A DNA stretch of 64,000 nucleotides from Mustelus asterias. Taxonomy: Eukaryota. Positions 1-11,822 of the stretch are shown in pieces. The position numbers and the translations under genes are program-made. The notes beneath the pieces are model-generated. The model was not told where the DNA came from, did no database searches, and saw nothing but the letters and a program-made list of their open reading frames with translations. The first letter of the stretch is position 1; the number at the start of each line of letters is the position of its first letter. Location of the stretch: assembly GCF_964213995.1 (NCBI RefSeq), contig NC_135820.1, positions 620,001 through 684,000 of the forward strand, read 5' to 3'.

Positions 1-209
1 GTCCCTGGATGTAACGTGAGGAATCACCAATCGCAGCTCATTGTTGGATCTTGTTCTGTTTATTGGGACATTAAGATGTCTCCAGGTCAGGTTAGAAGCT
101 GGGAAGCTCTCGACAGAGCAGATTATCACTGTTGAATTCCCCTCAGTTATACTGATCCATGAAGAGTTAATCATATCAGGAGAAGTCATTGTGACATTCC
201 GTGGTGCAT
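1..209 (-). CDS. Siglec-like gene A, C2-set Ig exon (duplicate of 6417-6698), truncated by window edge
   Basis: Acceptor tttttag|ATGCACCA at 209; phase-1 reading (Y)APRNVTMTSPDMINSSWISITEGNSTVIICSVESFPASNLTWRHL; near-identical to the 6417-6698 exon. Confidence 0.8.
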
Positions 210-338
210 CTAAAAACAAATAAGGATTTTACTGTGAGCAAACACAATGCAGGACGCCATGCTTCATCTCTCTGCATCTGATGTCGATCTGCATTTCCAG
301 GCATCTTCCCTCAATATAAGTTCCTATGTCACATTTAC

Positions 339-790
339 AATGTGGGTGGGTGTGAGGTAGGCATGTGTGCGTGTTGTGTTCATGTGTGTGTGTTTGTGTG
401 GCCTGTTCACATATGCTTGGAATGTGTGTGTGTAATATGCATGTGTGTATCATGTGTGTGTGTCTGTGCATGTGTATGCGTGTGTGCCTGTGAATGTGTG
501 TGCGTGTGTGTGTGTGCTGTGCATGTGTGTATCGTGTGTATGGTGTGCATGTGTGTGAATTTGTTGAATGGTGTGTGTGTGTTTGTGTGTGTGTGTCCAG
601 TAGGCATGTGTGTGGTATGTACGTGTATGGTGTGCATGTGAGTGTGATGTGTGCTTGTGTGGCCTATGAGTGTGTGCGTGTCTTTGTGTGCAGTAGGTGT
701 GTATGTGTGCATGTGTGTTGTGTGCATGGGTGTGATGTGAGTGTGCCGTTTGCATGTGTGTGTTGTCTGAGTGTGTATGTGTGTGCGATT
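339..790. repeat. Degenerate (TG)n low-complexity tract (second copy ~6828-7280)
   Basis: TG/CA-rich imperfect dinucleotide repeat; source of spurious HT/CV-rich ORFs. Confidence 0.95.
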
Positions 791-1364
791 GCAGAATGCT
801 ATGTTCTCAAAGCCATGCAAGTGATCATAAAACTGTGGAAATCATACTTTATTTTTTGTGCTTACTTTAAAATGGGCTTTGCTAAACCAATAGATGGCTG
901 GATTGGGCACAGTTGCTGGAAATTTCGTACAGCAGTTAGAGGGAGTTCTGGAGTTCCAACTTCATCCTTGTGGAATCTCACACCTTATTGGAAGAACACT
1001 TTATATACCAGGGAACCAGAGGACGAGCAGACGATATTCTTCAAGAGAGGCCCCTTGGATTTTGACTTTCTGGACTCGAGCAATCAAGTGAACTGCTGTC
1101 CATTTCTGTGGTTCTCCGTCCTGTTAACCATACTTATTATTGAAAGTCCCACATCCCGATCCCATACTGTATACCTGTGTGCAGCAGTGTATGATGTTGA
1201 CGGCTGTACTTTAGGTTAAACAGAGATTCCATGATGCATCTCCAAACAAATTTGGATCAATTAACGTGCATTGTTTGTGAAGAACTTTGTGACCCTGAGA
1301 ATGTGAAAGGTGTGATATCAATGTAGGTTCCTTCACCACAAAACACGGAAACCAGACACTTCAG

Positions 1365-3060
1365 TTCAGTACTGAGAATGCTGCACTGTCAGAGTGTCAG
1401 TACTGAGGGAGTGCTGCACTGTCAGAGGGTCAGTACTGAGGGAGTGCTGCACTGTCAGAGTGTCAGTACTGAGGGAGTGCTGCACTGTCAGAGGGTCAGT
1501 ACTGAGGTAGTGCTGCACTGTCAGGGGGTCTGGACTGAGGGAGTGCCGCACTGTCAGAGGGTCAGAATTCAGTGAGCGCCGCACTGTCAGAGGGTCAGTA
1601 CTGAGGGAGTGCCACACTGTCAGAGGGTCAGTACTGAGGGAGTGCCGCACTGTCAGAGGGTCAGTACTGAGGGAGTGCCGCACTGTGAGAGTGTCAGTAC
1701 TGAGGGAGTGCCGCATTGTCAGAGGGTCAGTGCTGAGGGAGTGCCGCACTGTCAGAGGGTCAGTACTGAGAGAGTGCCGCACTGTCAGAGGGTCAGTACT
1801 GAGAGAGTGCCACACTGTCAGAGGGTCAGTACTGAGGGAGTGCCGCACTGTCAGAGGGTCAGAACTGAGGGAGTGCCGCACTGTCAGAGGGTCAGAACTG
1901 TACGAGTGCCGCACTGTCAGATGGTCAGTACTGAGGGAGTGCTGCACTGTCAGAGGGTCAGTACCGAGGGGGTGCTGCACTGTCAGAGGGTCAGTACTGA
2001 GAGAGTGCCACACTGTCAGAGGGTCAGTACTGAGGGAGTGCCGCACTGTCAGAGGGTCAGAACTTAGAACATAGAACATAGAACAGTACAGCACAGAACA
2101 GGCCCTTCGGCCCACGATGTTGTGCCGACCTTCATCTGAAACCAAGATCAAGCTATCCCACTCCCTACCATCCTGGTGTGCTCCATGTGCCTATCCAATA
2201 ACCGCTTCAATGTTCCTAAAGTGTCTGACTCCACTATCACTGCAGGCAGTCCATTCCACACCCCAACCACTCTCTGCGTGAAGAACCTACCTCTGATATC
2301 CTTCCTATATCTCCCACCATGAACCCTATAGTTATGCCCCCTCGTAATAGCTCCATCCACCCGAGGAAATAGTCTTTGAACGTTCACTCGATCTATCCCC
2401 TTCATCATTTTATAAACCTCTATTAAGTCTCCCCTCAATCTCCTCCGCTCCAGAGAGAACAGCCCCAGCTCCCTCAACCTTTCCTCATAAGACTGACACT
2501 GCAAACCAGGCAGCATCCTGGTAAATCTCCTCTGCACTCTTTCCAGCGCTTCCACATCCTTCTTATAGTGAGGTGACCAGAACTGCACGCAATATTCCAA
2601 ATGCGGTCTCACCAAGGTCCTGTACAGTTGCAGCATAACCCCACTGAGGGAGTGCCGCACTGTCAGAGGGTCAGAACTGTAGGAGTGCCGCACTGTCAGA
2701 TGGTCCGTACTGAGGGAGTGCTGCACTGTCAGAGGGTCAGTACTGAGGGAGTGCCGCACTGTCAGAGGGTCAGTACTGAGAGAGTGCCACACTGTCAGAG
2801 GGTCAGTACTGAGGGAGTGCCGCACTGTCAGAGGGTCAGAACTGAGGGAGTGCCGCACTGTCAGAGGGTCAGAACTGTAGGAGTGCTGCACTGTCAGATG
2901 GTCAGTACTGAGGGAGTGCTGCACTGTCAGAGGGTCAGTACTGAGGGAGTGCTGCACTGTCAGAGGGTCAGAACTGTAGGAGTGCCGCACTGTCAGATGG
3001 TCAGTACTGAGGGAGTGCCGCAATCCCGGAGGGTTTGAACCGATGGAGTGCTGCAACATC
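1365..3060 (+). repeat. 33-bp minisatellite (GAGGGTCAGTACTGAGGGAGTGCCGCACTGTCA)n, interrupted by a CR1 LINE
   Basis: Tandem 33-nt unit, seen as 11-aa periodic ORFs (PHCQRVSTEGV). Confidence 0.95.
2065..2642 (-). mobile_element. 5'-truncated CR1-clade LINE (RT C-terminus, 3' UTR, (GTTCTAT)n tail)
   Basis: LYRTLVRPHLEYCVQFWSPH...LERVQRRFTRM...RRRLRGDLIEVYK; absent from the paralogous array at 7855-8500. Confidence 0.9.
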
Positions 3061-3185
3061 AGTGGTGAACTTTTAACCAGATAAAGATAAATGTCCATTT
3101 GCGATGTATTGTGCTCTTTATGGTATTTTCCTGTGCATAATCTAGACCATTCGGGCTAATGTAGAATTGATGATGCCTGTATTAC

Positions 3186-3313
3186 GCAACACCGTTAGTA
3201 CGAGGATCCGCTCTGATGAAACAGATGAATATCTCACTCTACAGGTGAGATTGTGTTCGTGGTGTTTGAATGATGGGATCAGGGTCAGAACAGAAGTATA
3301 GGTAAGAGTGACA
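3186..3313 (-). pseudogene. 3' half of a Siglec domain-2 C2 exon (relic)
   Basis: Matches 8632-8759 (TLTYTSVLTLIP...CRVRY); no acceptor, donor region degraded. Confidence 0.85.
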
Positions 3314-5216
3314 ATTGAAAAAAGATTTCAATTCTGATACATTTCTGGGGGCCGGTACTTCCTTAATTGCTTTGAACTTCTCTTCCATAAGTTACAGCTC
3401 ATTTGCATCTACTCTGAACCCTAAACATGTCATTTCTTGAGCCTAGAATGTACATTTCTCCCTTTTTAGCCTCACTCTGGCCTGTTTAAATCTTTTTGAA
3501 GCTTCTTTGAAATTTGCTGGATGTTCCTCTTCGGATGCTTCTGTAATCAGTACACCGTCTAGATAGACAACCAACTTTAGTAGGTTCTGTAGTAAGCTTC
3601 CCATCATGAGCTGGAAAATTTCACACGTCGATGATACCCCGAAGAGTAGCCAAGTATACTGGTATGAGTGTTTGTGGGTGTTGATTGTAACAAATTCTCT
3701 TGACGTCTTGTCTAATTCAAATTGTTGATATACATGGCTCATATCAAGTTTAGTATAATTAAACCTCCTGGAAATTTAGTGTGCAAATCTTCAATTCTTG
3801 GTATTGAGTATCGATCAAATTTTGCTGCTTAATTGAATGTCAATTTGTAGTCCTCACAAATCCCTATGGTTCTATCTGGCTTAACACTGGCATGATGTGA
3901 GTTATGATGTGGAGATTTCTTCACATGTGCTGATGTGATTGACACACACAAGTACACATGATGTGAGTTGCCCACTCCGAAATCTGTACAGGCTTAATAA
4001 TGCCTAATTCATCCAGATTCAAGTTCAGACTCAACCTTATCGTGCAAGACATAGGTATAGGTCAGGCTCTGTTAAATTTGGCCGTGGTCTCAGGACCCAC
4101 ATACATATTTGCATTTAGGCCCTGAAACTTGCCTAATTCATCTTGGAACACCTCCTGATCCTTTTTGAAGACATTCTGGAAGTTTTCATTATAGATCTTG
4201 AAGATTTCCATCCAATTTAATTGAACTTGATGAAGCCAAGCTCAGCCCATCAAACCGAGCCCCTGGCCCTCTACTACTATTAGAGGCAGTTGAGCTGACT
4301 TCTGTGAGTGAATTAGGGGCATTGTTGCTGTTTCTAGGATCCTTAAAGCATCCGCACTATAGGTTGCTAGCATGGCCATCATGCTTCTCAACTGTAGGGG
4401 GCTCAACCCCTCCTTGTAAATAACAAAACGGTTGTTCCTCTATAACTGTAGGGGAGGCACCAGTATCCACCTCCATTCTGAATGGTTGACTGCTTACGCC
4501 GCAGACTAGTCTGTCTCTCAGCATGCCGTTGAGTAATGACCCAAACTTTGTTAAGCCATTTGCCTTAGGCATGCCATGAATGCCGCTATCCACTCCCCTG
4601 GGTTCTTGCTGTCAAATTAAATTTGTATCACTGCATGATCACTGAGGGATTCTGGCAGTAATGACCCTTAATCAATTCAACAAGCTCCTCAAAGGTTTTG
4701 GTGTCGGGTGCATCTGGAGAAGTTAGATTCCTTATCAGGCTGTTAATAGGATTACTTGCTGCTTCCCTCCCCCCAGGTTTAATTGGCCTTAAACAAAATG
4801 CATGCTTTTGACATATTGCACCCACTGCTCCGTGTTAGGTTGAATGGGTCAAGTTTTCCAAAAAGGGGCATTTTAACACTTAAACATGTTGCTGAACATG
4901 TTTGCTGCTTGTCTACCACACGAGGTCTGCTCTCCTGATTTCTGCAGCAATAGGAAGGCACTTCCATTGATCCTTGTCGCCAAATGAAGTATCGTCAAAG
5001 ATGGGCGACCACCAGGTAGGTCAATGGATGAACAATTTATTAGAGGAAAATGACTATTTAGTAGGGTGACATAAAGGCAACTGTATTCCACGACTCCAGA
5101 TTCCTAACTGCAGGGAAAACCCACGCTCAGTCCCATGATTCGTGCCCTCCACTCCAATTGGCTGATTGGATCACATGACCCTCCAAGAACATGCCCCCTA
5201 ATGGGGCACGCTACCC
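3314..5216 (-). mobile_element. Degenerate Gypsy LTR retrotransposon (LTR, PBS, gag, protease, RT), 3'-truncated
   Basis: PBS-like TGGCGACAAGGAT at ~4970-4982; gag MPLFGKLDPF; protease MEVDTGAS; RT YLDGVLI (YxDD-like) in ORF 3443..3742. Confidence 0.85.
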
Positions 5217-5431
5217 CAGTGAGCGAGGTGGTGGGTTTGGAAGGTGCTGCCGAAGGAGCCTTGGTGAGTTGCTGCAGTGCATCTTGTAGATGCTACACAT
5301 GGCTGTCACTGTGCGTCGGTGGTGGAAGGAGTGAATGTTGAAGGTGGTAGAGGGGCTGCCAGCCCAGTGGGCTACTTTGTCCTGGTGTGTGTGTGTGTGC
5401 GTGTGTGATGTTGAAGCCTGTGTACACTCAC

Positions 5432-5713
5432 ATTCCACAGTGATAGTGATGGACCCCTCCACTGCTCCATGTTCATTCTCTGCCACACACTGATAGTCTC
5501 CAGTGTCCCTGGATGTAACGTGAGGAATCACCAACCACAGCTCATTGCTGGATCTTGTTCTGTTCATTGGGACATTAAGATGTCTCCAGGTCAGGTTAGA
5601 AGCTGGGAAGCTCTCGACAGAGCAGATTATCACTGTCGAATTCCCCTCAGAAATATTGATCCATGAAGAGTCAATCATATCAGGAGAACTCATTGAGAGA
5701 TTCCGTGGTACGT
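5432..5713 (-). CDS. Siglec-like gene A, C2-set Ig exon (domain 4)
   Basis: ag|ACGTACCA...GAAT|gtgagt; 282 nt, phase 1-1; ICSVESFPASNLTW...DTGDYQCVAENEHG. Confidence 0.88.
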
Positions 5714-5864
5714 CTAAAAACAAAGGAAGATTTTATTGTGAGAAAACACAGTGCACAGTAAGACTCTCTCTCTATCTGATGTCTATTTGCATTTCAGGAT
5801 ATCTTTCCTCTTTATAAGTTGCGAAGTCACATTTACAATGACCACTGAGTATGTGTGTTTCTCA

Positions 5865-6240
5865 CTATTCTTTCACAAGATATGCACATTGCTGGTAAGG
5901 CCAGCGTTCATTGCCCATCCTTAGTTGCCCCGTTAGAAGCTGAGTTGGCTTCCTGATCTGCTGTAGTCCATGTGGCACAGATACACCCAGAGTGCTGTTG
6001 GGGACAGAGTTCAAGGATTCTGATCCAATGACCATGAGGGAACGGCCAATAAATTTCCAAATCAAGATGGTAAGTAGCTTGGTGGGGAGCCTGTTGGCAG
6101 TGGTGTACCCATGCATCTGCTGCGCTTGCCCTGCTGTTGAAGGAACATTGACAAGTTGCTGTAGTGCACTGTGTAGATGGTTCAATCTGCTGCCATTGTG
6201 CATTAGTGGTGGAGGGGCTGAACATTGATGATGGTGCATG
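5865..6240 (-). mobile_element. LINE 3' fragment (same family as 19650-20810)
   Basis: Shares GATGGGCAATxAA 3' end and CATCTACA..TGCACT segment with the 19650-20810 element. Confidence 0.65.
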
Positions 6241-6416
6241 TAGTGACAAACAAGCAGTTTGTGTTTCGTGTGTCTGCGTGTCTGTGTATCTCTGTGTATA
6301 TTTCTGGAACGTCTGCATATGACGTGCATGTCAGTGTCGAGATGTTTCTGTGTGTTTTTGAGTGTGCACGAGAGTGTGTTTGAGTGCGTGTGATGTTGAA
6401 GCCTGTGTACACTCAC

Positions 6417-6698
6417 GTTCCACAGTGATGGTGATGGACCCCTCCACTGCTCCATGTTCATTCTCTGCCACACACTGATAGTCTCCAGTGTCCCTGGATG
6501 TAACGTGAGGAATAACCAATCGCAGCTCATTGCTGGATCTTGTTCTGTTTATTGGGACATTAAGATGTCTCCAGGTCAGGTTAGAAGCTGGGAAGCTCTC
6601 GACAGAGCAGATTATCACCGTTGAATTCCCCTCAGTTATACTGATCCATGAAGAGTTAATCATATCAGGAGAAGTCATTGTGACATTCCGTGGTGCAT
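6417..6698 (-). CDS. Siglec-like gene A, C2-set Ig exon (domain 3)
   Basis: ag|ATGCACCA...GAAC|gtgagt; 282 nt, phase 1-1; canonical C-W-C Ig residues, several N-x-S/T sequons. Confidence 0.88.
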
Positions 6699-7854
6699 CT
6701 AAAAACAAATAAGGATTTTACTGTGAGCAAACACAATGCAGGACGCCATGCTTCATCTCTCTGCATCTGATGTCGATCTGCATTTCCAGGCATCTTCCCT
6801 CAATATAAGTTCCTATGTCACATTTACAATGTGGGTGGGTGTGAGGTAGGCATGTGTGCGTGTTGTGTTCATGTGTGTGTGTTTGTGTGGCCTGTTCACA
6901 TACGCTTGGAATGTGTGTGTGTAATATGCATGTGTGTATCATGTGTGTGTGTCTGTGCATGTGTATGCGTGTGTGCCTGTGAATGTGTGTGCGTGTGTGT
7001 GTGTGCTGTGCATGTGTGTATCGTGTGTATGGTGTGCATGTGTGTGAATTTGTTGAATGTTGTGTGTGTGTTTGTGTGTGTGTGTCCAGTAGGCATGTGT
7101 GTGGTATGTACGTGTATGGTGTGCATGTGAGTGTGATGTGTGCTTGTGTGGCCTATGAGTGTGTGCGTGTCTTTGTGTGCAGTAGGTGTGTATGTGTGCA
7201 TGTGTGCTGTGTGCATGGGTGTGGTGTGAGTGTGCCGTTTGCATGTGTGTGTTGTCTGAGTGTGTATGTGTGTGCGATTGCAGAATGCTATGTTCTCAAA
7301 GCCATGCAAGTGATCATAAAACTGTGGAAATCATACTTTATTTTTTGTGCTTACTTTAAAATGGGCTTTGCTAAACCAATAGATGGCTGGATTGGGCACA
7401 GTTGCTGGAAATTTCGTACAGCAGTTAGAGGGAGTTCTGGAGTTCCAACTTCATCCTTGTGGAATCTCACACCTTATTGGAAGAACACTTTATATACCAG
7501 GGAACCAGAGGACGAGCAGACGATATTCTTCAAGAGAGGCCCCTTGGATTTTGACTTTCTGGACTCGAGCAATCAAGTGAACTGCTGTCCATTTCTGTGG
7601 TTCTCCGTCCTGTTAACTATACTTATCATTGAAAGTCCCCCTTCCCGATCCCAGACTGTATACCTGTGTGCAGCAGTGTATGATGTTGACGGCTGTACTT
7701 TAGGTTAAACAGAGATTCCATGATGCATCTCCAAACAAATTTGGATCAATTAACGTGCATTGTTTGTGGGGAACTTTGTGACCCTGAGAATGTGAAAGGT
7801 GTGATATCAATGTAGGGTCCTTCACCTCAAAGCACGGAAACCAGACGCTTCAGT

Positions 7855-8500
7855 TCAGTACTGAGAATGCTGCACTGTCAGAGGGTCAGTACTGAGGGAG
7901 TGCTGCACTGTCAGAGTGTCAGTACTGAGGGAGTGCCGCACTGTCAGGGGGTCAGTGCTGAGGGAGTGCTGCACTGTCAGAGGGTCAGTACTGAGGGAGT
8001 GCTGCACTGTCAGAGTGTCAGTACTGAGGGAGTGCCGCACTGTCAGGGGGTCAGTGCTGAGGGAGTGCCGCACTGTCAGAGGGTCAGCACTGAGGGAGTT
8101 CTGCACTGTCAGAGGGTCAATACTGAGGGAGTGCTGCACTGTCAGAAAGTCAGTACTGAGGAGTGCCGCACTGTCAGAGGGCCAGTACTGAGGGAGTGCC
8201 GCACTGTCAGAAGGTCAGTACTGAGGGAGTGCCGCACTGTCAGAGGGTCAGCACTGAGGGAGTGCCGCACTGTCAGAGGGTCAGTACTGAGGGAATGCCG
8301 CACTGTCAGAGGGTCACTACGGAGGGAGTGCTGCACTGTCAGAGGGTCAGTACTGAGGGAGTACTGCACTGTCAGAGTGTCAGTACTGAGGGAGTGCTGC
8401 ACTGTCAGAGGATCAGTGCTGAGGGAGTGCCGCACTGTCAGAGGATCAGTGCTGAGGGAGTGCCGCACTGTCAGATGGTTTGAACCGATGGAGTGCTGCA
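7855..8500 (+). repeat. 33-bp minisatellite (paralog of 1365-3060)
   Basis: Same tandem unit. Confidence 0.95.
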
Positions 8501-8631
8501 ACATCTGTGGTGAATTTTTAATCAGATAAAGACAAATGTCCCTTTGCAATGTATTGTGCTCTTTATGGTATTTTCCTGTGCACAATCTGGACCAGTCGGG
8601 CTAATGTAGAATAGATTATGCCTGTACTTAC

Positions 8632-8925
8632 ATTGCACAGTCAGTCCGAGGATCCGCTCCGATGAAACTGATGGATATCTCACTCTACAGGTGAGATTGT
8701 GTCCGTGGTGTTTGAGTGATGGGATCAGGGTCAGAACAGAAGTATAGGTCAGAGTCACACCATGCTGAGTTACAGAGTTTGAGACTGACCCAGGTACGTC
8801 AGTGGGAGTGTCCCAGGTTAAGACAGGTGCTGTTCCATTGCACGTTGTGTTGAAGGTGCAGCTTATGTCCACACGCTTTCCTGCAATAATTTCAGCAGGG
8901 AATATCGTGGGTTTATCTGTGAAAT
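8632..8925 (-). CDS. Siglec-like gene A, domain-2 C2-set Ig exon
   Basis: ag|ATTTCACAG...CAAT|gtaagt; 294 nt; DFTDKPTIFP...CTFNTTCNGTAPVLTW...NLTCRV with the extra Cys typical of Siglec domain 2. Confidence 0.9.
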
Positions 8926-9055
8926 CTAACACACAGAGAATGGATCCTTTTAGATAAATATAACATGAAGCATCAGTTCAAATAGAAATCACAGCCCCAC
9001 AAGAGAAAGCACTGTTATAAGGATGAAATCTGAACTCAATCCGAGACTATTGAAG

Positions 9056-9605
9056 AAAGAACAAAGAAAATTACAGCACAGGAACAGGCCCTTCGGCTGT
9101 CCATGCCTGCACCAACCATGGTGCCCGACTGAACTAACACCCTCTACCCTTCCGGGGACCATGTCCCTCTATTCCCATCCTATTCATGTATTTGCCAAGA
9201 CGCCCCTTAAAAGTCACTACCGTATCCCCTTCCACTACCTTCCCCGGCAATGAGTTCCAGGCACCCTCCACCCTCTGTGTAAAGAATCTGCCTCGTACAT
9301 CTCCTTTAAACCTTAAACCTGTGCCCCCTAGTAATTGACTCTTCCACCCTGAGAAAAAGCTTCTGACTATCCACTCTGTCCATCCCCCTCATAATCTTGT
9401 AGACTTCTATCAGGTCTCCCCTCAACCTCCGTCGTTCCAGTGAGAACAAACCAAGTTTCTCCAACCTCTCCTCATAGCTAGTGCCCTCCATACCGGACAA
9501 CGTCCTGGTAAATCTTTTCTGTACCCTCTCCAAAGCCTCCACATCCTTCTGGTAGTGTGGCGACCAGAATTGAACACCATATTCCAAGTGCGGCCTAACT
9601 AAGGT
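9056..9605 (-). mobile_element. 5'-truncated CR1 LINE
   Basis: LVRPHLEYGVQFWSPH...RRRLRGDLIEVYK ORF 9306..9638 plus 3' tail. Confidence 0.85.
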
Positions 9606-10107
9606 TTGAAATTGAATTGACAATCGCTGCTGAGGCATTGTCAGAAAGCTTTGATTGCACAGATATGCTCAAATAAAGATCTGAGTGAGCAGACTGCACC
9701 CCCCCCCCCCCACCCCCCCCGCCCCCTGTGGTGAGATTACAGCACGTTGCCTCTCATTTCACTGAGTGGGACAGCACGTCGAGAGGACCAGCACTATGTT
9801 CGCTCAGTCAGGAAAGGAGAGTGACCAGGGTGTGGGCCGGGTCGACAGTGAGTGAGGGAGAGTCAAGCAGAAGGAAAAACAAACAAAAGAAAACAATCCT
9901 AAAAATCAGGCCAAGGAACATTACGATTGTAACGGGCAGAGATTTGGAAAAATGCACCAAAGGAGCTGCAGCAACACTCATTGCAGGAAATATCAGGAAG
10001 GAAGGAAAAAGGGATATTGTCAAAAGGTCCACAGAATTCCCCAGTTTGTTGTGGGATACAGCTGACTTACTGTCCAAATGCAAAATGTTTAAACAGCATA
10101 CAGAGTG

Positions 10108-10238
10108 AGGCTAGGGATTTTTCCCATCCCTTCTGCCACGGGAATCGTAGCGGGCAGGGGCGGACCATGCAAAGGGTTTGTTGGCTTTGGGTGGAATTTT
10201 CCGGTTTTGGGGTGAGTGGGGCCAGAAAAACCCGCCTC
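10108..10238. mobile_element. Short GC-rich MITE-like element (related copies ~28843-28945, ~42275-42362, ~57012-57135)
   Basis: Imperfect terminal inverted ends; absent from the homologous sequence at ~48735-48745. Confidence 0.55.
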
Positions 10239-10730
10239 TGGTTTCTTGATTCAGTTGTCACTGAACCAGACAAACAAGCCTGAAAAATTCTCCTTGCAGT
10301 GAAGGTCTACACAGGCTGAACTTGTCACTATCAACAGAGGAAGAGCTAAACATTCCCAAAATAAAATGAACTACATTGGAAGACTGATTGACGTCACCTG
10401 GAGGGAAGTGTGTCATGCTGTAAATGCTTAAAGACATGTTGAACAGCCCACTTCAGTGATTGCATGAATAAGCTTCCTCTTACATATCTCACCCTTCTTG
10501 AAGTATTTACTCACTGGGAATAGAGAAACAAAGTAATTTTGTGGTTTTCATACCATTATTTACTCTTTTCTTTCTCAGCCTGTTCAATCTGTAGTTATAT
10601 TTCATGGCATTTTCCCCCAGTCTAAGTTCCTGCGTCATTTGCAGTGAAAACTGCATATGTGTTTCTTTTTGTTCATTCACAGGATGAATTCACATTGTGA
10701 ATTGTTGAGTTATTATAACACAGAACTTAC

Positions 10731-11096
10731 CAGAAACGCGAAGCCGGGTTACAGGGTAGTAGCTGTAACTATTCTTTTTGTCAAATTCTATTCTGAAATA
10801 ATAAGGTCCAGCATCTCCCCGTGTGATGTTGTTTATAATCAGGGAACAGTTGCCATCTTTCAGGTCTCCAGACAGCCGGGTCTGATGGTGGAATTGTGGT
10901 GCCTCCTGATTGTGATCCCCGGAGTGAAAGGCGATAGATGATGATGAATATTCCTCATTATTAAACCAGATTCCGACTCGCGGCTGGTTTGCCAAATGTG
11001 ATGGATAACTGTACTGACATGGAATCTGTACACACACACCTTCCTGTGTTGTCACCTCTTGTGGAGTGTTGCCTTTCCACTCCTGTGACAGTCCAA
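10731..11096 (-). CDS. Siglec-like gene A, V-set (sialic-acid-binding type) exon
   Basis: ccag|TTGGAC...TCTG|gtaagt; 366 nt; VTTQEGVCVQIPC...W...GDLKDGNCSLIINNITRGDAGPYYFRIE (B-E strand Cys pair, essential Arg). Confidence 0.92.
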
Positions 11097-11822
11097 CTGG
11101 GGAGAGAAATATCAATATTTAACACTGGATGGTTTGTAGATCCACGAGACCAATATCCACCCCCTCCGTCACTGGTGCACAGTGGCTGCAGTGTGGACCA
11201 TCTACAGGACGCACAAGAAACTCCCCAAGATTTCACAATCGATGAAAGAGAATCCTGGAAATAGGAGTGGACCAGTTCATTCTACATTGACTCATGGTCC
11301 TCAGGACCCTGTTTAATGGTGTCAGTCTCCACCCAACACAATGTCTACAAGAATGAGATACATTCAGTGCTGATTTACAAGGCAGGACAATGGATTAGGA
11401 GCCGTCAGAACTCCCACCATTTTCACCATCATGAATCACTGATTAGCCTCACTTTCCTGGATCCTCATTGTCTCAGGCAAGAGTTCTTAAACCTTTTTGG
11501 TTTAAAGAGCCCTTTTCAGTGGATTATTAATCATGGACCCCCAATCTAATTTCTAATGCTGATGAACATTCCTCACTCAAGGCCACTAAGTTTTAATCAT
11601 ATGTTTAAGAAAACTGGTAATTTGTTCAAGTTATAGTTTAACATCAATGTGACTGATTTAGAGACCATGATGAAACAGACCAGAGAAACCAGCGATAAAG
11701 GATAAGTGCGACTCCATAGGATTGCATCAGATATCAAACAAATACACAGACCATTCGGCCTATCTGCTGCATGCCGCTGCTGCTGCTCCTCACAAGACTC
11801 CTCTCAATCCCCTGTTATTAAT

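Larger units (their letters stand above)
1..3313. repeat. Recent intragenic segmental duplication, copy of ~6490-8759
   Basis: Sequence and ORFs recur at offset 6489 (41..223 = 6530..6712; 494..1219 = 6983..7708); homology stops at 3313, inside the domain-2 exon. Confidence 0.95.

Noticed and set aside
229-820. His/Thr- and Cys/Val-rich ORFs (also 6718-7309)
   Set aside because: Translations of a degenerate (TG)n tract
800-1219. Non-repetitive tail of the 241-aa plus-strand ORF (duplicated at ~7290-7708)
   Set aside because: No recognisable domain or splice structure; conservation is explained by the recent duplication
1366-3098. Long 11-aa-periodic ORFs and CRISPR-like appearance (also 7855-8585, 54969-55718)
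   Set aside because: 33-bp head-to-tail minisatellite without unique spacers; no cas genes; eukaryotic intron
10505-10645. Possible small exon ending in gtgagt at ~10514
   Set aside because: No convincing acceptor or coherent frame; cannot be supported by eye
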